In this document: piece after piece, positions 29,428-38,548 of the stretch
Layout of the letters: the number at the start of each line of letters is the position of its first letter
How positions within the stretch are numbered: position 1 is the stretch's first letter
DNA from: an uncultured Planctomycetales bacterium
GTDB taxonomy: Bacteria; Omnitrophota; Gorgyraeia; Gygaellales; Profunditerraquicolaceae
DNA length: 64,000 bases
NCBI GenBank assembly: GCA_964579435.1
Contig: CAZOGI010000010.1
Location: 23,583-87,582 of the forward strand
Reading direction: 5' to 3'
Program-made: the position numbers and the translations under genes
Notes under the pieces: model-generated
Told to the model about the DNA's origin: nothing
The model's database searches: none
The model's input: only the letters and a program-made list of their open reading frames with translations

Positions 29428-31233
29428 ATGACTCTGCCGATCGCACCCATACTCAGCTACCTGCCGGTATTCCTGCTGGCCTTCGCCCTGAGTTTTTTCG
29501 CCACCCCGATCGTGCGGCGCATCGCTCTGCACCAGGGCCTCATCGCCTACCCGCGCTCCGACCGCTGGCACAAGCAACCGACCGCCCTCATGGGAGGCAC
29601 CAGCATCTTCCTGGCAACGCTGGGGACGATCCTTTTTTTCCGGCTCTTTTCGCCCCCGATGACCGGGCTGCTCCTGGGAGGGACATTCCTCTTCCTCGCC
29701 GGCCTTGCCGATGATAAAATCCACCTGACGCCCTATACCAAGCTTTTCTTCCAGATCGCCGCCGGGTGCATCGCGGTCCTCTTCGGGACGACCCTGCCGC
29801 TCCCGCTGCACTCGATGCTCACCGTGCCGCTGACCCTGCTGTGGATCGTCGGGGTGACGAATTCTTTCAACCTCCTCGACAATATCGACGGCCTCGCGGC
29901 GGGGATCGCGACCATCTCCTCGCTCATGCTCTTCTTCACTTCACTGGTGCTCTCGCAGAACCCCTTCAGCATATTCGCGCTGATCCTGGCTGCTGCCGCG
30001 CTGGGATTCCTGCCCTATAATTTCAATCCCGCCCGGATCTTCATGGGAGACTCCGGCAGCATGTTCCTGGGATTCTCCCTGGCGGTCATCTCGATCTCGG
30101 GGAGCGGACGGCACCTCTCGAGCCTGTCCCTGACCATGCTCATCCCGGTCCTCATCCTTTCGGTGCCGATCTTCGATACTCTTTTCGTGATGATCGTGCG
30201 CACGCTCAACGGCCGCCGGATATTCGACGGCGGCAAAGACCATACCTCGCACCGTCTGGTCACCCTGGGGCTCTCCCAGCGCAAAACCGTCCTTCTGCTC
30301 TACGCCGTCAGCGTCGCCTTCGGCCTGATCGCAATACTCTATACCGCCCGCTTCAACCTCTTCGTCATCTCGGCGGTCGCCTTTCTTTCGGCGACGGTCC
30401 TGCTGTTCTTCGGCATCTTCCTCTTCGACGTAACCTCTTTCCCCGACGAAAAATCGGTCCGCCGCAAACAGCGGATGATGGCCGATGCCACGATCCTCAA
30501 CAACATCCTCATGCACAAACGCCGCTTCGTCGAGGTGCTCCTGGACCTGTCCTTTATCTTTATCGCCTACTACGCGTCGTATTTCCTGCGCTTTGAGGGC
30601 GTGGCCCTGCGGACCAACCTCGTGCTGATGCGGGAATCGCTCCTCTGGGTCATCCTCATCAAACTCTCGGTTTTCTTCATCTTCGGCATGTACCGGGGGA
30701 TGTGGCGTTATATCAGCGTCTCCGACCTGCTGACGATCTTCAAGGTCGTTTCCATCGGCTCGGTCTCCTCGATTATCTTCGTGACTTTCCTCTACCGCTT
30801 CCAGGATTATTCGCGCAAGGTCTTCTTCATCGACTGGATACTGCTGCTCTTTTTGACCTTGGGCTCGCGCATCATCATCCGGGTCATGGGCGAATTCTTC
30901 AGCGGATCGAAAAAAGGCAACACCAAGGTACTGATCTTCGGGGCAGGGGACACCGGCGAGATGCTCGTGCGCGAGATAAAACGAAACGCCGCGCTCTGCT
31001 ACAGCCCCGTCGGTTTCATCGATGACGACCCCACCAAGATCGGCACCAAGATACAGGGGGTCGCGGTTTTGGGCAACCGCGAACGCCTCGACCAGATCGT
31101 CCGGGAACGGGGGATACAGCTGCTCCTGGTCGCGGCCCCGGACATCGGCACCGAAGAATTCCAGGAACTGAGCGCCTACTGCAAGGAAAAAGGTATCGCG
31201 CTCAAGAAGATCAAGGGGCTTCTCGACGACTAA
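29428..31233 (+). CDS. WecA/MraY-family polyprenyl-phosphate sugar-1-phosphate transferase fused to a CapD/WbpM-N-terminal-like membrane + Rossmann module
   Basis: 601 aa. NSFNLLDNIDGLAAG and FMGDSGSMFLGF signatures. C-terminal KVLIFGAGDTGEMLVREI...VGFIDDDPTKIGTKIQGVAVLG. Confidence 0.8.
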   Translation: MTLPIAPILSYLPVFLLAFALSFFATPIVRRIALHQGLIAYPRSDRWHKQPTALMGGTSIFLATLGTILFFRLFSPPMTGLLLGGTFLFLAGLADDKIHLTPYTKLFFQIAAGCIAVLFGTTLPLPLHSMLTVPLTLLWIVGVTNSFNLLDNIDGLAAGIATISSLMLFFTSLVLSQNPFSIFALILAAAALGFLPYNFNPARIFMGDSGSMFLGFSLAVISISGSGRHLSSLSLTMLIPVLILSVPIFDTLFVMIVRTLNGRRIFDGGKDHTSHRLVTLGLSQRKTVLLLYAVSVAFGLIAILYTARFNLFVISAVAFLSATVLLFFGIFLFDVTSFPDEKSVRRKQRMMADATILNNILMHKRRFVEVLLDLSFIFIAYYASYFLRFEGVALRTNLVLMRESLLWVILIKLSVFFIFGMYRGMWRYISVSDLLTIFKVVSIGSVSSIIFVTFLYRFQDYSRKVFFIDWILLLFLTLGSRIIIRVMGEFFSGSKKGNTKVLIFGAGDTGEMLVREIKRNAALCYSPVGFIDDDPTKIGTKIQGVAVLGNRERLDQIVRERGIQLLLVAAPDIGTEEFQELSAYCKEKGIALKKIKGLLDD

Positions 31234-32466
31234 ATGACCGCGCCTTCGGCTCTGCTGACGCTCATCCAGGCACTCCTCTTCGGCGGCTGCCTGTGCTTTT
31301 TGCTCTTCGCCCCGTTCTCCAACGTCCTGGTCAAGGTCTGCTTCGGCGTCGGATCCTTTCTCTGGCTCGTCTATAACGTCCTCGATCGCAAAAAAAAGTT
31401 CCTCCGGGGCGTCCTGCCCGCACACCCGGTCAACCGCGCCCTTGCGTTCTTCGCCCTTGCCGGGCTGGCGTCGGTCCTCCTGGGCCATAACCCCTACCAG
31501 AGCCAGGGCGTATTTTTCGACAAATACCTGACCTATTTCTTCCTCTACGCTATCGGCATGGGACTCGCCGCGCGCATCGCTTCGGCGCCGCGCTGCCTCT
31601 CCTGGATACTGGTAACCGTCGCCCTGCTTTTCGGGATAGGGGGGGTGCACGATCTTATTCTCTACCACCGCATCAATGCGGCGCTCGCCGAACGGTTGTG
31701 GTCTGTCTTCAGGCACCAGATTAAATTCTACGCCTTCCCGCTGTATGTGACCTTCTATCTGCCGTTGTGCTTTTACCTTTTCATCGGATCCCGCAAACGG
31801 TTCCTGCGCGCCTCGGCGGCATGCGCCACGGCGCTCTTGTCCGTCTGCCTCTTCGCCAATGCCTCGCGCATCGCCTTCGGCGCCGTCCTCTCCAGCATCC
31901 TGCTGATCGCCTTTCTGCGCAGCCGCCGCAGCGCCCTCACCGTTTCGGCATTCTGCCTCCTGGCCGTCGGCGCGGTCCTGCTCATCCCGCAGGCGCGCGT
32001 GCGCATGAAGACCATCCCCAAGCCGGCTGAATGGTCCAACCGCCTGCCCCTGTACCGCTCGGCCTGGATGATCTACCGCGACAATCCGCTCTTCGGCGTC
32101 GGGGTCGGCAACTTTGAGCGGAGCCTGCATATCCCCAAATACGAACTCCCCGCCGATTATCCGGTCCCCCGCGAGCTTAACCTCCATGCCCACAACACCT
32201 ACCTTGAGCTGGCTGCCGAGATGGGGACGATCGGCCTTGCCGCGTTCCTGGGCGTATTTGCGGCATTCTTCATCGCCCTGCGGCGCAGGCTTACGCACAC
32301 TCCTGCCCCGCAGGACACCGCGCTTCTCTGCGGCATGGCGGCATCGATACTGGCGGTTTTGATTTTCGGCGTCGGCGCCTCGATCATTACCGTCGGCCTT
32401 ACCGTCTCCAGTTATTTCTGGCTTTTCTTCGGCCTGGCTTCCGGATTGCTGATCTCTAAACAATAA
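31234..32466 (+). CDS. O-antigen ligase/polymerase family (Wzy_C-type) membrane protein
   Basis: 410 aa with about 10 TM helices. Loop motif LHAHNTYLELAAEMGTIGL. Confidence 0.75.
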   Translation: MTAPSALLTLIQALLFGGCLCFLLFAPFSNVLVKVCFGVGSFLWLVYNVLDRKKKFLRGVLPAHPVNRALAFFALAGLASVLLGHNPYQSQGVFFDKYLTYFFLYAIGMGLAARIASAPRCLSWILVTVALLFGIGGVHDLILYHRINAALAERLWSVFRHQIKFYAFPLYVTFYLPLCFYLFIGSRKRFLRASAACATALLSVCLFANASRIAFGAVLSSILLIAFLRSRRSALTVSAFCLLAVGAVLLIPQARVRMKTIPKPAEWSNRLPLYRSAWMIYRDNPLFGVGVGNFERSLHIPKYELPADYPVPRELNLHAHNTYLELAAEMGTIGLAAFLGVFAAFFIALRRRLTHTPAPQDTALLCGMAASILAVLIFGVGASIITVGLTVSSYFWLFFGLASGLLISKQ

Positions 32467-32482
32467 CCGCTCCTTTTCCCGC

Positions 32483-34717
32483 ATGAACCGGTTTGCCGCA
32501 GGCATTACCTTCAGCGCCGCCGCAGGCATCATTGCCCAAGCGCTCCTTTTCCGGGAACTCTCGGTTGCCGTCTATACAAACGAGCTGCTCCTGGGGGCGC
32601 TTTTGTGCCAGTGGCTCATCATTGCCGCCCTGGGCGCAGCCGGTGCGATTTTCTTTCTGCGCCGCGCTACCCCTGCAAATTGGTTTTTTCTTTTCCTTGA
32701 GATCGCCTTCGCCCTTACCCTGGCTGCCGCCGTTACCTTCATTCGCTCCTTCAGGATTGTCTTTGCGATCGCTCCGGGAAAAGAACCGGGCCTCGGCATC
32801 GCGCTCCTCGTCTGCGGCATGAGCTGTCTGATCCCGGCCCTTATTCACGGAGCGCTGTTCCCTCTCTGGGCGCGCGTGCTGCCCGGGGAAAAAACAGTCG
32901 CACGGGCGTACGGCTGGGAAGCCCTCGGAGCGGCAGGCGGGGGAGTACTCTGCAGCTTCTGGCTCTTCCCGCACTTTTTTACGTACACAATACTCTTTGC
33001 GCTTTTTTCGGGTTGTCTGTGCATCGGCATAAGCATGCTGCGCAGGCCGGCGAAAACACGTCTGGCTTGGTGCGCCTTGGTTCTCGGAACCGCCCTGATC
33101 GTACGGCACCCGCTCGGCGCAGCCCTGGACCGGATCGAAAAAACAACCGCAGCCCGGCAGTGGGCGCATGCCGGCAGGCTCCTGGATTCCCGGCATTCGC
33201 GTTACGGACACCTCGCCCTTATTGCACGCAACGGACAACATACATATTATTACAACGGGACGCCGTTGCTGAGTTTGCCCGGATCGGACATCGACTTCGA
33301 AGAAACCGTCTCCCATCTGGCGCTTCTGGCGCATCCGTCTCCGGCGCAGGTACTGCTCCTGGGCCAAGGAAGCATCCGGCTCATCCCGCAGATACTCAAA
33401 CACCCCGTCGAAAAACTCGACTACGCCGAGCTTGACGACACACTCTTCTTTCTCATGGAACACAACGACCCGCAGAGCTCCCGCGCCTCCCTCAGCGACC
33501 CGCGCGTCAACCTGCGCTACCGCGACGGCCGCGCCTTCCTGACGGAGACGAACGCACTCTATGACGTCATCCTTATCATGCCTTCGAGTCCCCGCAGCCT
33601 TTTTACCAACCGCTTTTTGACGCGCGAATTTTACCTTCTGGCGCGCCAACACCTGAAACCGGGCGGCATCGTTGCCGCCTGGCAGGACGGATCAGACCAT
33701 TACCTGAGCCCGCAGAGAAATCGTATCCTCTCCAGCGTCTATGCCGCTTTCTCTTCTGCGTATCCCCGAACCCTGCTGCTGCCCGGGACGACCACCGTTC
33801 TTATCGGAACCGAAGACGAAGCCGCGTTTACAAAGACAGGGGATTGGGCCGAAGAACGCTACAGTGAACGCGGGCTGAAGCTATCGACGACGAACGAAAT
33901 GCACCTGCGCGATCGTTTCGCGCTGGGCCTGCCGCCTGCGAACTGGATGCTGCGGGAACTCCTCCCGCAAACACCCCGCAACAGCGACCGCCGTCCTTTT
34001 GGCGTCTTTGCCGGGATGGCCTTCTGGCAGAAACAGAATAGCCCCTCAACGGCATGGATTCTGGAGTCTGTCTCAGGCATCAGGACAAAACACTTGCTTT
34101 TCTTTTTACTGTCGGCAATGGCGTTTTGGGGAACAGCGCTTCGGCGCAGAAGAGACCCGGTCTCCCGCATTACAGAAATCGCGGTCTTTTCAACCGGATT
34201 CTGGGGGATGTGCTCTTCGATGCTGATCCTGTGTTCCTATCAAACAGTTCAGGGATACATCTTCGAGCGCTACGGGCTGATCGCGGGACTGTACATGGCA
34301 GGCCTGGGCATCTCAAGCTTCTGGGCGGCGAGAAGCGGAAGAAGAACAACGCGGCAGTTTCTCCTGCGCACCGAGATCGGCATGGTGCTGGCCTCATTCG
34401 GGCTCCTCCTGCTGCCGTCGATACGGGTACCCCATGCAACTGCGGTTTTTTGCCTGGCCTCTTTTGCGGCGGGCCTTCTCTGCGGGGCGGATTTCGCTTT
34501 TTCCAGCATCCTTGCATCAAATGATTCCGGCAAAGAAAACGCCCGGTTATACGTCGCGGATTTGGCCGGAGGATGCCTGGCGGCTTTGAGCGCGGGGGTC
34601 GTCCTGCTGCCGGTCATCGGGATGGCCTCGACGGCAGCGCTTTTGGCTGCGCTCAAAGCCTGCAGCGCCGCCTTCGCCTGGCGTTTAGGGCGCTTCCTGC
34701 CGCTGCCTTCCGATTAA
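32483..34717 (+). CDS. polytopic membrane protein with embedded spermidine-synthase-like (class I MTase fold) domain
   Basis: 744 aa. VLLLGQGSIRLI, ELDD, RDGRAFL and YDVILI motifs lie between two TM bundles. Confidence 0.65.
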   Translation: MNRFAAGITFSAAAGIIAQALLFRELSVAVYTNELLLGALLCQWLIIAALGAAGAIFFLRRATPANWFFLFLEIAFALTLAAAVTFIRSFRIVFAIAPGKEPGLGIALLVCGMSCLIPALIHGALFPLWARVLPGEKTVARAYGWEALGAAGGGVLCSFWLFPHFFTYTILFALFSGCLCIGISMLRRPAKTRLAWCALVLGTALIVRHPLGAALDRIEKTTAARQWAHAGRLLDSRHSRYGHLALIARNGQHTYYYNGTPLLSLPGSDIDFEETVSHLALLAHPSPAQVLLLGQGSIRLIPQILKHPVEKLDYAELDDTLFFLMEHNDPQSSRASLSDPRVNLRYRDGRAFLTETNALYDVILIMPSSPRSLFTNRFLTREFYLLARQHLKPGGIVAAWQDGSDHYLSPQRNRILSSVYAAFSSAYPRTLLLPGTTTVLIGTEDEAAFTKTGDWAEERYSERGLKLSTTNEMHLRDRFALGLPPANWMLRELLPQTPRNSDRRPFGVFAGMAFWQKQNSPSTAWILESVSGIRTKHLLFFLLSAMAFWGTALRRRRDPVSRITEIAVFSTGFWGMCSSMLILCSYQTVQGYIFERYGLIAGLYMAGLGISSFWAARSGRRTTRQFLLRTEIGMVLASFGLLLLPSIRVPHATAVFCLASFAAGLLCGADFAFSSILASNDSGKENARLYVADLAGGCLAALSAGVVLLPVIGMASTAALLAALKACSAAFAWRLGRFLPLPSD

Positions 34718-37456
34718 CGCAGAGAGCTCCGGGGCAAGGGGAGAACGCATCTGCCGCAATCTCTGCAGCTGCTCCTGCGCCGAAGCGAAATCCTTACGTT
34801 CCAAAAAAAGCCTCCCGAGGTGAAAAACTGCCAGGGGAGAGGGGCTGGGCAGCGACAAAGCCCGGACGAACGCCTCCTGAGCCTCATCGAGCCTGCCGCG
34901 TGCCATTTCAATGACACCGACGCTCACCCATGCCTCGCAGGATTTGGGGTCTCGCGCAAGGAAATCCTGAAGCACAGCCAGGGCATCATCGAAACGCCGC
35001 TGCGTTGCCAACAGAGCGCTCAGGTTCAACGCTGCCCGCCGGTGTCCCGGCTCAAGCCGGAGGGTTAAGCGGTATTCATCGATCGCCGGCGCCGTGATCT
35101 TCTGGCTTTCGTACGTGACTGCAAGATTGTAATGCGCCCGGGCGTTGGAAGGATCCAGGTCCAGCGCGCGCTTCAGGGCATTCGCCGCTTTGACGGGATC
35201 GCGCCGTTTTCCGCTCAAGATCCCCATCCGCAGGAATGCCTCGGCTGAACCCGGGTCGATCTCGGCCGCCGCCTGGTACAGGCGCAACGCTTTCTCCTGC
35301 ATCCCCAGCTCCTCCAAAACGCCGCCGAAGGCAAGATACGGTCCCGCACCCGGGGTTTGGCGCCGCGCCTTTTCAAAAGCCTGCTCCTGCGCCGTAAACG
35401 TCGCCTGTTCCTCCCGCAAGCCGATTAGTTGCCGCAGAAGGCGTTTGTCCTGAGGCCGGCGGGAAGCCTCTGACTGCAGAAGCTCCAGCGCCTGCGCGAA
35501 GAGTCCTTCCTGGCGGTAAAGCTTCAGGAGCAAGCGCAGGGCCGGGACAAAATCAGGCGAACGCTGCACGCACTCCCGGGCATACCGGATTGCTTGCGGG
35601 GAATCATTCTTCTGCTCAAAAAGCTGAGCCAGAGTGTAGAGCGCCAGGTAATCCCCGGGGTTCAAAGAGAGAGCGGTGCGCAGCGATTCTTCGGCGCGTT
35701 CCATCATACCCTTGCGCAGATACAACGCTCCCAGATCGGAGTAAACCCGGGATTCCTGCGGTTCTCGGGAAATAAGCTTCAGATACGTATCGATCGCTCC
35801 GGTAATATTGCCTGCCGCCACATAAGATTCGGCAAGGTTAAAATACGCCTCTTGGTATCGCGGTTCGACGGAAATCGCGGTCCGGAATGAGGCGATTGCC
35901 CGCTCATACCGCTCGCGCGAACGGTACAGTACGCCCAGGTTATTATGCACCTCCGGCAGCCGGGGATTGACCGCAAGGGCCTGGCGCAGGAACGCCTCGC
36001 CTTTATCCGTTTCGCCCCGCTCAAAATAGAGCACGCCCAGATTGGCGATTCCCCTGACATACGAAGGGTCAAGGCGGAATGATTCGCGAAACGCCCGCTC
36101 GGCGCGCTGGAAATCATGCGCATTCTTGTAGGCCATCCCCAGGTTGAGCTGCGCGCGCGGCTTGCGGGGAGATTTGGAGACCACATCCTCCCACAGTCCG
36201 GTATCGGTAAGCCAGACATTTCCGTAACGCAGCGTCCCCGCGCCGAAGGCGAAAACAACCAGAGCCAGAAACAAAACCCATGCACGCGTTGCCGCCTGAG
36301 CGCCGAGTTCGGCCCGCTGCTGCGGCATGATGCGCCCGAAAAAACGGTACAGGGCCAGCACCCCCAGCACGATCCAGCCCACGGAGGGCAGATACAGCCG
36401 GTGCAGGAAGACCGTATCTTTAAGCGGCACAAAACTGGAATCGGGAGCGCTGATCAGAAAATAGAACAGCGCCCAGAAAACCAGGGACGGATGCGACCGG
36501 AAGCGGCGTCGCAGCCACACCAGAAGCGAAAACAGCGCCGCGCAGGCCACAAAGGTCAGCGGCTCGAATATCGACGCCGCATAACGCCAGTCATAATCGA
36601 GGTTGAGCCCAACGGGAAAAATAAGGATAAAAAGGTAATACCAGAAAACCGAACACTGCGTCAGCAAATACGTCCAGGCGCTCACAAACGGTATGCCAAA
36701 ACCTGCAGCCGCTTGTTCCCCGTACGCGCCGCTGCGGTAACCTCCCCCGATCAGATATGCGCCGAAGAGCAGGGTCGCCGCAAGGCACAGGTAGAACCAG
36801 CGTCTCCTTGAAAGTGCGCGCAACGAGCGCCCGGAAATAAAACAGTAATCGAAGAGCGCAATTACCAGGGGGGCGGTATTTCCGGTCTCCTTGGAGCCGA
36901 TCGCGCACAAAACCGCAACGACGGTTGCCGAAAGCAGCGGCACGCGGAAACGCCGAAACCGTTCGGCGAGGATGAATAAAACCAGAGACGCCAGATAAAA
37001 GAACGAACACAACAGGACTGACCGGCTCGAGACATAGACGACTGACTCCACGCGCACCGGATGGACCACGAAAATAAGCGCGCTCAGGAACGCGGCACGA
37101 ATCCCCGGCGCACGCCATCTCTCGGGCACCGACGGGAGCGAAAACGTCAGGGAGAGGAAAACGAAGAGCAAAACCCCGTTGAGCGCATGCAGCAGCGTAT
37201 TGAAGAGATGGTATCCGAAAGGCTCGAGCCCGCCGAGGCGATAATTGATCGCGAAACTCAATTGGTACAGCGGACGCTCGCTGAAACGCAGGAAGGGATT
37301 GCTCAGGTTCCGGATAAACCGGTTCTCGGTAACCGTCCCCTGGTCGTCGAACTGAAAAGGGCTGCTCAGCGTGTGGGCATACAGCAGGAAGGCGCTTGCC
37401 ACCAGCAGCACCGCCAGGAATACGACCGGAACGGTTTGTTTCGAGCTCATAGTCAT
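34685..37456 (-). CDS. TPR-repeat GT-C glycosyltransferase-like protein (TMTC/DUF1736-type)
   Basis: Track ORF runs to 37795; trimmed to ATG 37456 (MTMSSKQ...). TM1 is followed by FQFDD, then about 10 TM helices, then 10 or more TPR units. Confidence 0.7.
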   Translation of the reverse strand: MTMSSKQTVPVVFLAVLLVASAFLLYAHTLSSPFQFDDQGTVTENRFIRNLSNPFLRFSERPLYQLSFAINYRLGGLEPFGYHLFNTLLHALNGVLLFVFLSLTFSLPSVPERWRAPGIRAAFLSALIFVVHPVRVESVVYVSSRSVLLCSFFYLASLVLFILAERFRRFRVPLLSATVVAVLCAIGSKETGNTAPLVIALFDYCFISGRSLRALSRRRWFYLCLAATLLFGAYLIGGGYRSGAYGEQAAAGFGIPFVSAWTYLLTQCSVFWYYLFILIFPVGLNLDYDWRYAASIFEPLTFVACAALFSLLVWLRRRFRSHPSLVFWALFYFLISAPDSSFVPLKDTVFLHRLYLPSVGWIVLGVLALYRFFGRIMPQQRAELGAQAATRAWVLFLALVVFAFGAGTLRYGNVWLTDTGLWEDVVSKSPRKPRAQLNLGMAYKNAHDFQRAERAFRESFRLDPSYVRGIANLGVLYFERGETDKGEAFLRQALAVNPRLPEVHNNLGVLYRSRERYERAIASFRTAISVEPRYQEAYFNLAESYVAAGNITGAIDTYLKLISREPQESRVYSDLGALYLRKGMMERAEESLRTALSLNPGDYLALYTLAQLFEQKNDSPQAIRYARECVQRSPDFVPALRLLLKLYRQEGLFAQALELLQSEASRRPQDKRLLRQLIGLREEQATFTAQEQAFEKARRQTPGAGPYLAFGGVLEELGMQEKALRLYQAAAEIDPGSAEAFLRMGILSGKRRDPVKAANALKRALDLDPSNARAHYNLAVTYESQKITAPAIDEYRLTLRLEPGHRRAALNLSALLATQRRFDDALAVLQDFLARDPKSCEAWVSVGVIEMARGRLDEAQEAFVRALSLPSPSPLAVFHLGRLFLERKDFASAQEQLQRLRQMRSPLAPELSALIGRQRQEAP

Positions 37457-37475
37457 CGGGCCGTTTTGCGGCCGT

Positions 37476-37814
37476 TCATGTCTTCTGGCCCTCTGCCTCC
37501 AGCAGCACGAGTCTTTGGGTAAGCAGTTTGATCTTCTGTTCGAGACAGGAGATAGCGATCGAAAAATGGAGCAGCATCGCCGTGATGACGAAAAACGCTG
37601 CAAGAAAGAGCAGGGAGGGAGGGTAGTAGACGCCGACGAGCGCCGAGACCCGCTCCAGCAACGCGCGCCAAAGGCACAGGGAGAGGAGCATCCCGCAGCC
37701 CAGAAGCCACAGCAGGGCATACTTCTCCTTAAGACGCCCCGTGCGGATGCTGTAGAAGACAAAACCGACCAGCGCCAGGATCCCGCATACCGCAAACACT
37801 TGTATCCGGCTCAT
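37476..37814 (-). CDS. DUF2304-family small membrane protein
   Basis: 112 aa. LKEKYALLWLL...YYPPSLLFL core plus a C-terminal coiled-coil tail. Start overlaps the stop of the upstream GT2. Confidence 0.7.
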   Translation of the reverse strand: MSRIQVFAVCGILALVGFVFYSIRTGRLKEKYALLWLLGCGMLLSLCLWRALLERVSALVGVYYPPSLLFLAAFFVITAMLLHFSIAISCLEQKIKLLTQRLVLLEAEGQKT

Positions 37815-38548
37815 TCCTCGCCTCCCGGGTTATCCGTTTTTCCTGCCGACACCAGCAACAGCGCCAAAGAGACTTTGGCCATGTAATACAACGCCCGCAA
37901 AGGGGTAATGCTCGAGCGGCCGCCGCAACGTCCCCGCATCGCCACCGGCACCTCAAGCACCCGGAAACCGCTCTTGAGCGCCAAAACCGTCGATTCCGGC
38001 TCCGGATAATCATCCGCATACTCCCGGGAAAAAAGCTCGACCACCTCACGCCTCATGAGACGCATACCCGAAGTCGGATCGGTTATCCAAACTCCGGTCC
38101 GCAGCCAGATCAGGCAGGACAGGAACCGGATACCGATCCTGCGCAGGAACGTGGAAGGATAGCCGCCTGCGGCACGGAAACGCGAGGCAATGACCATATC
38201 CGCACCCGCCTGCGAAGCGCGGCGGCACAGCAGCGCCGCCATCGCCGGGAGCGCCGCGGCGGGATGCTGTCCGTCGCCGTCAACCTGAACGAGGGCGTCA
38301 AATCCTTGGCGCAGGCAATAACGGAAACCCGTCTGCATGATCGCGCCGATCCCCATGTTGAAAGGCATCCGTAACACCGTAGCCCCGGCGGCACGGGCGG
38401 ACTCATCCGTCGCGTCCCCAGAAGCATCGTCGATCACCAGGACCTCGGCAGCCACGCCCGAACCCTTGACCTCGGCGATGACACCCCGAATGCTCTCTTC
38501 CTCGTTGTATGCGGGGACCACCGCCAGAACCCGCAATTGCTCACTCAT
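37811..38548 (-). CDS. glycosyltransferase family 2, polyprenyl-phosphate glycosyltransferase-like
   Basis: Track ORF trimmed to ATG 38548 (MSEQLRVLAVVPAYNEEESI). VLVIDDASGD and VDGDGQHP. Confidence 0.8.
   Translation of the reverse strand: MSEQLRVLAVVPAYNEEESIRGVIAEVKGSGVAAEVLVIDDASGDATDESARAAGATVLRMPFNMGIGAIMQTGFRYCLRQGFDALVQVDGDGQHPAAALPAMAALLCRRASQAGADMVIASRFRAAGGYPSTFLRRIGIRFLSCLIWLRTGVWITDPTSGMRLMRREVVELFSREYADDYPEPESTVLALKSGFRVLEVPVAMRGRCGGRSSITPLRALYYMAKVSLALLLVSAGKTDNPGGEE

Noticed and set aside
29941-32532. 863-aa minus-strand ORF, the second-longest in the track
   Set aside because: It is antisense to two well-supported genes (WecA-type transferase and Wzy_C protein). Its translation is low-complexity and R/G/E/D/A-rich with no motifs, which is a typical GC-rich antisense artefact.
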